Part shown: positions 16,014-24,913 of the stretch, piece after piece | How positions within the stretch are numbered: the stretch's first letter is position 1 | Layout: the number at the start of each line of letters is the position of its first letter | IMG/VR virus record: IMGVR_UViG_3300013383_000017 | Span: 32,001 to 96,000 of that record | DNA from: a virus | Taxonomy: Duplodnaviria > Caudoviricetes | Reading direction: 5' to 3' (one strand) | DNA: 64,000 nt | Program-made: the position numbers and the translations under genes | The notes under the pieces: generated by a model | What the model saw: the letters and a program-made list of their open reading frames with translations, nothing else | What the model was told of the DNA's origin: nothing | The model's database searches: none

Positions 16014-16907
16014 ATGACTATTAATGAGATAGCAACAAGGTTAGAAAGGGATAAATGTTTAAGAAAACAAGGTAGAAGTACTGTGGCTAAAAGGTTACAT
16101 TGTTCTGTAGAAGAGGTAGACAAAGCTAGAAAAATATTAAAAAATAACAATAGACCCAAAATACTAATATTTGATATAGAAACTGCTCCTATGAGGGCTT
16201 ATGTTTGGGGAAGATGGAATCAAAATGTATCATTAAGTGAAACTATTTCAGAGTGGTTTATGTTGTGCTGGAGTGCTAAGTGGTTAGGAAGGGATGATGT
16301 CATTAGTGAGAAACTAACAGCTGAGGAAGCTTTAAGAGAAGATGATTGTAGAATTACAATGTCTTTATGGGAACTAATTAATGAAGCTGATATTGTTGTT
16401 GCCTATAATGGTAAAAAAGCTGATATAAAATGGATGAATACTAGATTTATAGTACATAGCATACCACCTCCTTCTTCCTATATAGTTATTGACCCTTGTG
16501 AAGTAGCAAGAAAAGTATTTGGTTTTTCTTCAAATAAACTAGATGCTTTAGCTGGCTATTTTAATATAGAGCATAAAATGGAAACCAACTTTGAATTATG
16601 GGATAAAGCACTAAGAGGAAGTCAAGAAGCTTTGGATTATATGTCTTTATATTGTGGAAAAGATGTTGAAATATTGGAGAAAGTATATTTAAAATTAAGA
16701 CCTTGGGATAAGAAACATTTTAATTATTCTTCTTTTATTAATGAGGACTGCTGCCCTATTTGTGGTGGTACAATTGAAAAAATAGAAAAGAAATATATTA
16801 CTTCTTCTAGTATATTCTCCCTTTATAGATGTAAATCTTGTGGTGCTATATCTAGGGGTAATAAAGGTTCTAAAAGTAATAGTAGTATTAAAATTTGTAG
16901 TCATTAA
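16014..16907 (+). CDS. RNase H-like (DEDD, YprB-like) exonuclease with C-terminal Zn ribbon
   Basis: FDIET, AYNGKKAD, NKLD, YCGKDV, then CPICG...CKSCG. Confidence 0.85.
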   Translation: MTINEIATRLERDKCLRKQGRSTVAKRLHCSVEEVDKARKILKNNNRPKILIFDIETAPMRAYVWGRWNQNVSLSETISEWFMLCWSAKWLGRDDVISEKLTAEEALREDDCRITMSLWELINEADIVVAYNGKKADIKWMNTRFIVHSIPPPSSYIVIDPCEVARKVFGFSSNKLDALAGYFNIEHKMETNFELWDKALRGSQEALDYMSLYCGKDVEILEKVYLKLRPWDKKHFNYSSFINEDCCPICGGTIEKIEKKYITSSSIFSLYRCKSCGAISRGNKGSKSNSSIKICSH

Positions 16908-16919
16908 TAATAGTGTAAT

Positions 16920-19187
16920 ATGGGAAAGAAAGTAAATAATAATTCAATGTGGGGAAATCTAACATTAGAACAAAAAAAGGAATTGTTTAATATTTACACT
17001 AAAAACGGTTTTAGTGATATAGATAATATAATTAGTGACTTTAATAAAAACCATAAAATTAATGAAAAGTTCAAAGAGCTACTCCCTACTATTACAAATA
17101 AAGATACTATAATAACATCAATTCCTTACAGAAAGGGGGGACCATTAAATAAAAATAAGGAAGCTAAAGAAGTAGCAGAAGGTAAATCTTATGATAATTA
17201 TTCTTGGGATGATTTTTTAAAAGACCTTAATTTAGATGTAAGAAAAGAAACTTGGAAGGAACAAAATTTTGATGGTTATAGTGATGAGGATTTAAGATAT
17301 CTATATGATAAATTAGGAGATGCTGGTTGGGATCCTGCTGTTGTTTCATATGCTATAAGGTCAGAATCTGGTTATAATCCCTATGTTCAAAATGAGAATG
17401 GTTCTTCAGCAATTGGGTTGGGGCAATTTACTAAAGGTACAATATATGATTTCTTAGGTAAAGATGTTGATACTATATATCAGTCTTATCTAGATAAAAG
17501 CAGGGATGTTAAAACTATTATAGATGAAACTATTAATTACTATAAGTATCTTCATGATAGGCTAAAAACAGAACCTGATAATATGGGTTATGGTAGATTG
17601 AAAGTTAATTTATTTGCTAAAAATGCATCACTTGATGCTACTTTACCAGATAATACATATGAAAAATCTCTAACTCAAGAGCAAAAAAAATATATAAAAA
17701 AGGGTACTGATACATATAGAACTTTAGCTAAGTATTATGATGATGAATATAATAAGTATCGTGGTGTCCCTACTAATAAAAAGGAAGATGGGGGTACTAT
17801 AGATACTACAGATTATAATAAGCTTTCTGCAATTTCAAAAGCTTATAATTTTGTTTTACAAGAAGAAAATAATAAGTTTAATATTTTTGGGAGTGGTTAT
17901 AATCCTATAAATAAAAAGTGGTATCCACATAAAAGTTTTGAAGGTGGGACACCAACTGTGGGGTATGGTACTAAATTAGGTACTGGAAGTAAATGGGCTA
18001 AAATAGCAGAGCTACAAGGTTTTCTTACAAATGAACAAGCAGAAAAAGCTGCTTATGACCAAGTTGTAGAGCATTATAATAATGCTAGGGATAGTGTAAA
18101 TAAAGCTTATGGTGATGGTACCTTTGATGCCCTAGATCCAACAATTCAGTTCTTATTGTCAGACTTTGATTATACAGGTACTGGAATAGAAAAATTCCCT
18201 AAATTCTTTAATGCCGCTGTTAAGGGAGATGTTAAAAAGATGTTAGAGCAGTATAAAAGATACTCAAAAGGAAAACCATTAGGAAGAAACAAAGAAGTAG
18301 AAAAGATACTATTACAATTTAAGGAGAGGGCAGAAAGAAAAAAAAGGGTAGAAAATATGGAATCTCCAATTTCTGATTTCTCTGTTAAATTAAATTATAA
18401 AGATAATAATCCAGATGCTCCTGTATTTAGAAGAGGGGGTCATTTGAAACCACTTACTAATAATTATAAGTTAAATGGTAGCAATGCTAATTATATAACA
18501 AATAATTACAGTGTTGCTAATAATAAAGTTACTTCTGATAATAAATTATCTTATACAGAAAATTATGAATTCCCACTTTCTGATTATAGTACTTCTGTAG
18601 GCTATGATGACTTTTTTACCTATTTTTCTGATTATCTTGCTTCTAATGTAGAGAACAGTAAAAATAGTGAAAGAGGTGGCTGGCATTCTGGGACTAAAAC
18701 TTGGACACCACATCCTTCCCCAGAAGGAGGAGAGCCTACTATAGGCTTTGGTTTAAAGATGTATGATGGTACACCCCAACAAATTTTATATAAAAAGCAA
18801 GGCTTTTTAACGGAAAAACAAGAAGAAACAATAAGAAAGGAAATCACATTTGCAAAATATAAAGATGCAAGAAATGCATTTAATAATATAAATAATGATG
18901 CAGATGCCTTTGATAAACTAAGTGATGAAGCTAAAGTGTTTGTAACAGACTATCAATATCAAACTAATAGTGGTGTACAGGGTTTTCCAAAACTTATGAG
19001 TGCTTTATATAGAGGTGATTATGATACTGCCTTTAATGAATATCATGTTTTTTATAAAAAAGATACTGGAGAAAAAGATAAAGATGGTAATATTATATAT
19101 GAAACACTCCCAGACTATCATAGAGATAAAATACATAGATACTTTTTAGAAAGATTTAAAAATGGCTCTTATAAATTTTTTAAATAA
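16920..19187 (+). CDS. Multi-domain muralytic protein (SLT-like plus two T4-lysozyme/GH24-like domains)
   Basis: SESGYNP..QN..SSAIGLGQF; EENN...HKSFEGGTPTVGYG; VENS...HPSPEGGEPTIGFG. Confidence 0.75.
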   Translation: MGKKVNNNSMWGNLTLEQKKELFNIYTKNGFSDIDNIISDFNKNHKINEKFKELLPTITNKDTIITSIPYRKGGPLNKNKEAKEVAEGKSYDNYSWDDFLKDLNLDVRKETWKEQNFDGYSDEDLRYLYDKLGDAGWDPAVVSYAIRSESGYNPYVQNENGSSAIGLGQFTKGTIYDFLGKDVDTIYQSYLDKSRDVKTIIDETINYYKYLHDRLKTEPDNMGYGRLKVNLFAKNASLDATLPDNTYEKSLTQEQKKYIKKGTDTYRTLAKYYDDEYNKYRGVPTNKKEDGGTIDTTDYNKLSAISKAYNFVLQEENNKFNIFGSGYNPINKKWYPHKSFEGGTPTVGYGTKLGTGSKWAKIAELQGFLTNEQAEKAAYDQVVEHYNNARDSVNKAYGDGTFDALDPTIQFLLSDFDYTGTGIEKFPKFFNAAVKGDVKKMLEQYKRYSKGKPLGRNKEVEKILLQFKERAERKKRVENMESPISDFSVKLNYKDNNPDAPVFRRGGHLKPLTNNYKLNGSNANYITNNYSVANNKVTSDNKLSYTENYEFPLSDYSTSVGYDDFFTYFSDYLASNVENSKNSERGGWHSGTKTWTPHPSPEGGEPTIGFGLKMYDGTPQQILYKKQGFLTEKQEETIRKEITFAKYKDARNAFNNINNDADAFDKLSDEAKVFVTDYQYQTNSGVQGFPKLMSALYRGDYDTAFNEYHVFYKKDTGEKDKDGNIIYETLPDYHRDKIHRYFLERFKNGSYKFFK

Positions 19188-19202
19188 TTTTTATAAAAAA
19201 TA

Positions 19203-19234
19203 TTTGGAAATGTCATTTTTTTTACTTATCTTTG
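19203..19234 (+). promoter_or_regulatory. Bacteroidetes sigma70 promoter
   Basis: TTTG...TATCTTTG. Confidence 0.8.
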
Positions 19235-19257
19235 CATTAACTTAATAATTAAGGTAT

Positions 19258-19491
19258 ATGAAAAATAAAAAAATGTTAATAATAATTATTGCTGTTATAG
19301 CACTAGTAACTACACTTGGTATGATAAAAGTAATGCCATTTTATACTTCTTTAGTAGGACTTGCTACTTTTATAATTGGACTTATTTGTGGTTATCATTT
19401 AAGCAAGACAATAAAAGAAAAGGAAGTTATTATTGGTGCACCTTCAGAAATTAGGAAGGTTAAAAGAGCAAAGAAAGTAGCTAGTAAATAA
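19258..19491 (+). CDS. Small two-TM membrane protein with basic tail (holin-like candidate)
   Basis: Two TM segments and a Lys/Arg-rich C-terminus. Confidence 0.55.
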   Translation: MKNKKMLIIIIAVIALVTTLGMIKVMPFYTSLVGLATFIIGLICGYHLSKTIKEKEVIIGAPSEIRKVKRAKKVASK

Positions 19492-19492
19492 T

Positions 19493-20056
19493 ATGGATAA
19501 GAAGATTATAGTAGAACTTTTAGAAAAGGATTTCTATAATACAGAAACATATAATTATAAAAGATGTAATGGGAAAAATGGGGTGGATGCTCAGTTTAAT
19601 ATAAATAGTCATCATACTGTAGATGAAAAGTTTACTACTGTTAGTGTTAAGCATCCTTACCCCTCCCAATATCAATATATAGAGTTATATTATAGAAAAA
19701 AAGATAAAGAAAAAAATGGCTGGTTATTATCCCCAGATAATAATAACTCTTCGTATATATTTGTATGGGTTGATAAAATGAATGGTACGAATAGTTTGGA
19801 TAATATTAAAAAAGCTGAGTATCTTCTAATTACTAGGGAGAAATTAATAGAATGTATATTAACAAGTGGGTTATCAGAAAAAATATTACTCTCTTTAGTT
19901 AATATATGGAAAGAAAGTGATAGGGGAGGTCTTATTAAGTTTGATGGTATTTCATTTATATGCTCTCATAGGGGTAATAAATGTTCTATTGGATTATTAG
20001 TAGATAGATATAATTTAAAGAGATTTTCTTGTTTTCATAAATATTATATAAAATAA
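19493..20056 (+). CDS. Putative PD-(D/E)xK nuclease-like protein
   Basis: GVD...VDEK...IEL...GWL pattern. Confidence 0.45.
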   Translation: MDKKIIVELLEKDFYNTETYNYKRCNGKNGVDAQFNINSHHTVDEKFTTVSVKHPYPSQYQYIELYYRKKDKEKNGWLLSPDNNNSSYIFVWVDKMNGTNSLDNIKKAEYLLITREKLIECILTSGLSEKILLSLVNIWKESDRGGLIKFDGISFICSHRGNKCSIGLLVDRYNLKRFSCFHKYYIK

Positions 20057-20065
20057 ATTGTTTCA

Positions 20066-20108
20066 CCCTAGAGCATTGGGCTATATAAGGTTCGATTCCT
20101 TACTAGGG
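20066..20108 (+). ncRNA. Minimal tRNA-like element (acceptor stem plus T arm)
   Basis: CCCTAG-AGCATTGGGCT-ATA-TAAGG-TTCGATT-CCTTA-CTAGGG. Confidence 0.6.
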
Positions 20109-20132
20109 ACTAATAATAAAAATAAATTATAA

Positions 20133-20321
20133 ATGAGAGAAGATTATAATAATATACCGGTTTACTATTGTAAACATTGTATGTCTTTGGGGGTAAAAGA
20201 AATGATTGGTACTGAAGGCTATTGTATAAACTGTGGTTCTACAGACATAGAGTATGTTGATTTTGATGAATATAAAAGTTTATACAAAATAAGATTTGGA
20301 AAAGAATTAACTAATAAATAA
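20133..20321 (+). CDS. Small Zn-ribbon protein
   Basis: YYCKHCMSL...YCINCGSTDI. Confidence 0.75.
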   Translation: MREDYNNIPVYYCKHCMSLGVKEMIGTEGYCINCGSTDIEYVDFDEYKSLYKIRFGKELTNK

Positions 20322-20329
20322 TTATAATT

Positions 20330-20602
20330 ATGGAAGAAAGAGTAGATATTCCAGAACTGGAGCAATTAAACAATCTCGATGTTAATTTCTCTAAAGAAGA
20401 TTTTGAGAAATTGGAAGCACAAAATAAAGAACTAATGAATCTTATAAAGTCCCTTGATGCAGAGAGATATTTTAAGAGAATGGACTACTTATTTGAAGTA
20501 GTTAAAAATGCTAAAGAATTTGATGTTCCCTTTATAGAAAGGGTTGTAGCAGAAATAGAAATGGCTTTATATCAAGAGCCAACAACTAAAAAAGAAGAAT
20601 AA
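20330..20602 (+). CDS. Hypothetical coiled-coil protein
   Basis: FKRMDYLFEVV pattern seen in crAss-like phages. Confidence 0.7.
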   Translation: MEERVDIPELEQLNNLDVNFSKEDFEKLEAQNKELMNLIKSLDAERYFKRMDYLFEVVKNAKEFDVPFIERVVAEIEMALYQEPTTKKEE

Positions 20603-20605
20603 TAC

Positions 20606-21043
20606 ATGGTTAGAATAGATAAAGCAATACAAGTTCCCTGTAAGCTTTCTAGTAACTTCTTTCATGTTTGGCTAACTTTTTTTGCTCCTATACATAAAAT
20701 AACACCGGGTGTTATGAGAATAGCAGCAGAATTATTAAAATATCATTATATTTTAAGTAAGAATATATTAGATAATAAGATACTAAATAACTATCTATTT
20801 ACAAGCGAAGACATTAGAAATAAAATAGTAGAAACTTGTGGTATATCTTTATCTAACTATCATGTAAGCATTAATAAATTAAAGCAGAATAATTTTATAA
20901 CAGAAGAGGGTATTAATCCTAAATATATTCCTCCTATAAGGGAAGAAGATAATAAAATAAATGTTCTGTTTATGTTTGAGATACTAGATTTAAAAGATAG
21001 TGAAAGAAATTTACAAGAAAGTAGCACAGAAACTAAATCTTAG
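20606..21043 (+). CDS. Winged-helix-like protein
   Basis: IVETCGISLSNYHVSINKLKQNNFI. Confidence 0.6.
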   Translation: MVRIDKAIQVPCKLSSNFFHVWLTFFAPIHKITPGVMRIAAELLKYHYILSKNILDNKILNNYLFTSEDIRNKIVETCGISLSNYHVSINKLKQNNFITEEGINPKYIPPIREEDNKINVLFMFEILDLKDSERNLQESSTETKS

Positions 21044-21272
21044 TGAAAAAGATGTAAAAGATGCTTATGTGTCTTTTTGGGGAATTATAAAAGAAAAAAT
21101 AGAGAGTCTTCCTTTTGATGAAGATTTGTCAGAGGAAGACTTTGATAAATTAGTTACTAGTTTTAATATACCATCTTTAGGTAAGTTATTTTGTACTTAT
21201 GATAAGTATATTAAACATAAGAATCATTTAAAATATTTAAGTAATATATATGCTAAAAATAAAGAAAGTTAA
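21000..21272 (+). CDS. HU/IHF-like DNA-binding protein
   Basis: IYKKVAQKLNLSEKDV...FNIPSLGKL. Confidence 0.7.
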   Translation: MKEIYKKVAQKLNLSEKDVKDAYVSFWGIIKEKIESLPFDEDLSEEDFDKLVTSFNIPSLGKLFCTYDKYIKHKNHLKYLSNIYAKNKES

Positions 21273-21654
21273 ACCACTGCTTAATCATATTATTACAACT
21301 GCTAATATTTATAGTAATAAAATTGATGAGTTGTCTACAGAGGGTCAAGAAAGTGGTGAATTTAAAGAATATCAGACAGTTGTTGCTGTAGGTCCCAATG
21401 TTAGTAATGTTAAAGTAGGTGATGTTGTAGTTATTAGTGGACAGGCTTATGCTAGACCAGTACATAAACAAAAAGAGGATAGTGTAACAGGATTGATGAA
21501 TAGTGACTCTGTACAATATATGGTCCAATTTCCTATTTTATATATTAATGATGTACCTCATTTGTTCCTTTATGACAGAGATGTTGAATTTGTTCTAGAA
21601 GATTATGAAGAAACAGATGATACTATTACAGAAGAAAAAGTAGAAATAATTTAA
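21250..21654 (+). CDS. GroES-like co-chaperonin
   Basis: VKPLLNHI...VVAVGP...VKVGDVV...DVEFV. Confidence 0.7.
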   Translation: MLKIKKVKPLLNHIITTANIYSNKIDELSTEGQESGEFKEYQTVVAVGPNVSNVKVGDVVVISGQAYARPVHKQKEDSVTGLMNSDSVQYMVQFPILYINDVPHLFLYDRDVEFVLEDYEETDDTITEEKVEII

Positions 21655-21692
21655 ATATAGCCCTCTTTATTAAGAGGGTTTTCTTGTTTATT

Positions 21693-22241
21693 ATGAAGTT
21701 ATTAAAATATGAGAATTACCAAGTATTACCTACAGAAGAAGCTTTTTTAGTCAAAGGTATAAAGGAACTATATAAAGCTGATAAGACAAAAAATAAAGAT
21801 AATTTTATGCAGCAACTTAGTTATATCTATTTTATGGCAGACCCAAGAAGTCCTTATAATGAATATCCAGAAGAAGAGAAGTTTAACTACCTAATTCAGT
21901 ATGAGGGTTTTCCTAAAAATTTTAAAGTAACAAAGAATTTAGAAGATGCTATTATAGATTATAAAAGATTAACTACTACAGCATCTATGAAATTATTAGA
22001 CTCTATGAGAATAGCAATATCAAAGATTAGTTACTTTCTTGAGAATGTGGATTTATTTGAAACAGATGATAAAGGAAGACCTAAGTATAGTGCTGATAGA
22101 ATAGCTGCAATGACTGATAAAGTTCCTAATTTAGCGAAGAAACTAATTGAAACTGAGAAGATTGTAGATTCTGAAATATTAGAGGTAGGTAGAGCCAGAG
22201 GAGGTAATGAAAATAAAAAATTATTTGAAGATGGAGTATAA
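21693..22241 (+). CDS. Conserved crAss-like hypothetical protein upstream of TerL (small terminase candidate)
   Basis: YIYFMADPRS...RARGG...FEDG; position. Confidence 0.6.
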   Translation: MKLLKYENYQVLPTEEAFLVKGIKELYKADKTKNKDNFMQQLSYIYFMADPRSPYNEYPEEEKFNYLIQYEGFPKNFKVTKNLEDAIIDYKRLTTTASMKLLDSMRIAISKISYFLENVDLFETDDKGRPKYSADRIAAMTDKVPNLAKKLIETEKIVDSEILEVGRARGGNENKKLFEDGV

Positions 22242-22566
22242 AGAGATAATAAACGAAATAATAGATGGATTAAATTTCTATAATAGAGATTACAATGGTA
22301 CTTTCATTTCTAATACAGTAATAGAATCTTCTAAAGGACCATATAAATGTTTTAAGGATATACACTTTTCTTTATATCATAAGTATTTAAGTAATAATAC
22401 TGTTGTGTTTGAAATAAATTATATGGCTAAAGAAATAGATGGAAGTATAGATAGAGATTTGAAAAATGTTAAAAATCTAATATGCTCGGAGGTATTTAAA
22501 ATTATTAGTAATAAGGAAGAGTTACAAAGATATGGAATTAAACAAAATACAAACACCTTTAGATGA
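22207..22566 (+). CDS. Hypothetical protein
   Basis: Operon-packed ORF; start may be 22231. Confidence 0.6.
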   Translation: MKIKNYLKMEYKEIINEIIDGLNFYNRDYNGTFISNTVIESSKGPYKCFKDIHFSLYHKYLSNNTVVFEINYMAKEIDGSIDRDLKNVKNLICSEVFKIISNKEELQRYGIKQNTNTFR

Positions 22567-24805
22567 TTTACATATCGAGAATTATTCAAGAGAAATACAA
22601 GATCAGTTTTGGGAATTCTTTAATTCTGTTCCTTTTATTAAGAATTTAACATCTATAGACAGAAAAAGAGCCTGTGAATTACCAAGAGATAGTAGTGGTA
22701 AAATAATAATAGATATTACAAACCCACATATCTTAGAAGATGTAGATTATTTTAGACAGACAGCAATACATTATCAAAAAACTGGAAAGTTTACTGACTT
22801 AAAACCTAATGGTAATAAAAATAGTGATTATTATAAGTGGGTTACAGAAGAGGTAAGAAGATGTAGGGATGGTTATGTAAGAGAAAGTGATGGGGAGTGG
22901 GTAACAGGAGATTACTATTTCTTCCTAAATTATTGCCCAATGCTTATATCTGTTACAGATGATAGTGGTAAAGGGAAAAAGAAAAATAAAGCAAAGAGAA
23001 TAGTTGACTTTCCAAGATTTTGGGAAGGGCACTATTGGATAACACATTATCTTTATAAGGCTAGACAGGAGGGTCATCATGCTGGGGAATTGTCAAGTAG
23101 AGGTCGTGGTAAGACTTATTTAGGTGCTGCTTTTTTAACTAAGAGATTTATATTAGGGGAATCAAAAGATGTTAATAGGGAAGTACAATGTGTAGTGACT
23201 GCCTATGAAAGAAAATTTATTAGTGGTGCTAATCAGATATTGGATATATTTAAAAAGAATATAGATTTTCTAGCAACAAATACAGAGTTTCCATCTAAGA
23301 AGTTAGTTAACTCTATGCAGGGACTACAATGGGTAATGGGATACAAAGACCTTGATACTGATGCTAATAAAGGTACATTAAATTCTGTAATAGGTATAAC
23401 ATCAAAAGATGATGAATCAAAACTAAGAGGTTCTAGAGGTGTTCTCTACTTGATCGAGGAGGCCGGGACCTTCCCTAGACTTCTTAATCTTTATTCTAAC
23501 ATTAGACCTAGTGTTGAAGATGGGGATAATGTCTTTGGTCAAATATTCTTTTATGGTACTGCTGGTGATGAGTCTTCAGATTTTGCTGCAATGCAAGAAA
23601 TGATGTACAATCCTAGAGGATATAATATACTATCATTATCAAATGTTTATGATAAGGAAGGTCAAGGTAGGAAAGAATTTACTTTCTTTTTTCCGGGTTA
23701 TATTAATATGGCTAATTGCTATGATGAAAATGGTAATTCAGATGTAACCAGAGCACTTTTAAATATCCTTATAGATAGATATACTGTAAAGTACAACTCT
23801 TCTGATGTAAATGCAGTAACAAAAAGAATTGCAGAAATACCTATTACTCCACAAGAAGCTATTGTTAGAACTACAGGAAATTATTTTCCTGTAACTGAAT
23901 TAAATGCAAGACTTAATCAAATAGATAATAACCAAAGATTCTATGATGATGTTCTTATAGGAACTTTAGTTTCTGATGGAGAAGGGGTGAAATTTGTTCC
24001 CACTACTGATACACCAATTAGAGATTTCCCTACTAAAGATAATAAGCAGTTAGGAGCTATAGAATTTTATGAATTACCAGTTAAAGATAGTTCAGGTAAA
24101 CCAACTTATGGTAGATATATAATAGGGCATGACCCTGTAGATGATGATTCTTCAGACACTATGTCTTTAACTTCTACTTTTGTTTTTGATTTATTTACAG
24201 ACCAAATAGTAGCAGAATATACAGGTAGGCAACCTTTAGCTAATGATAACTTTGAGATTGTTAGGAAGTTATGTATTTTCTATAATGCAAAGTGTTTGTT
24301 TGAATCTAATAAGAAAGGTTTATATTCTTATTTTGAAATGATGCATTGTTCTTATCTGCTTGCTGATACCCCAGAATATCTAAAAGAAAGAAGTCTAGTA
24401 GCTTCTATTGGTGTAGGAAATAAAGGAAAAGGTGTTTCTGCCACTCTCCCTATTAATAACTATGCTAATTCCCTTATTAGGGATTGGATGTTAAAACCTA
24501 TAGTAAGTCAGACAAAAGTGACAGAAGAAAAAGATGGGGTAATGATAGAAAATGTTGTTGAAACATCTACTTTTAATCTTTATAATATAAGAAATAGAGC
24601 ACTTATTAAAGAAGCTATACTATTTAACGCTAATGGTAACTTTGATAGAATAAGGGCACTTGGTATGGTGATGCTATATAGAGAAGAATATTTGATACTG
24701 TATGGTGGAGATTCTAAGTCTGCTATATCTAGTAGATTTTTATCTCAAGATAATGATTTAGGAGATGACCCATTTTTTAATTCTTTATATAGACAGTCTG
24801 ATTAA
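22532..24805 (+). CDS. terL: Terminase large subunit
   Basis: Walker A SRGRGKT, Walker B LIEEAG, GTAG coupling motif, nuclease IGHDP...FESN...NFDR. Confidence 0.95.
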   Translation: MELNKIQTPLDDLHIENYSREIQDQFWEFFNSVPFIKNLTSIDRKRACELPRDSSGKIIIDITNPHILEDVDYFRQTAIHYQKTGKFTDLKPNGNKNSDYYKWVTEEVRRCRDGYVRESDGEWVTGDYYFFLNYCPMLISVTDDSGKGKKKNKAKRIVDFPRFWEGHYWITHYLYKARQEGHHAGELSSRGRGKTYLGAAFLTKRFILGESKDVNREVQCVVTAYERKFISGANQILDIFKKNIDFLATNTEFPSKKLVNSMQGLQWVMGYKDLDTDANKGTLNSVIGITSKDDESKLRGSRGVLYLIEEAGTFPRLLNLYSNIRPSVEDGDNVFGQIFFYGTAGDESSDFAAMQEMMYNPRGYNILSLSNVYDKEGQGRKEFTFFFPGYINMANCYDENGNSDVTRALLNILIDRYTVKYNSSDVNAVTKRIAEIPITPQEAIVRTTGNYFPVTELNARLNQIDNNQRFYDDVLIGTLVSDGEGVKFVPTTDTPIRDFPTKDNKQLGAIEFYELPVKDSSGKPTYGRYIIGHDPVDDDSSDTMSLTSTFVFDLFTDQIVAEYTGRQPLANDNFEIVRKLCIFYNAKCLFESNKKGLYSYFEMMHCSYLLADTPEYLKERSLVASIGVGNKGKGVSATLPINNYANSLIRDWMLKPIVSQTKVTEEKDGVMIENVVETSTFNLYNIRNRALIKEAILFNANGNFDRIRALGMVMLYREEYLILYGGDSKSAISSRFLSQDNDLGDDPFFNSLYRQSD

Positions 24806-24849
24806 ATTTAAAATTTGATTAAGCAACAATTAATAATACATTTATGCTA

Positions 24850-24880
24850 TTGTATAAATGTATTATTTTTTGTATATTTG
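24850..24880 (+). promoter_or_regulatory. Bacteroidetes sigma70 promoter upstream of portal
   Basis: TTG...TATATTTG, overlapped by the inverted repeat 24832-24867. Confidence 0.7.
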
Positions 24881-24913
24881 CTTACTATAGTAGATTAAAG
24901 AAGTAAATATATT

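Noticed and set aside
22532-24805. Intein or intron in terminase
   Set aside because: Continuous ORF of normal crAss length with no intein or LAGLIDADG motifs seen.
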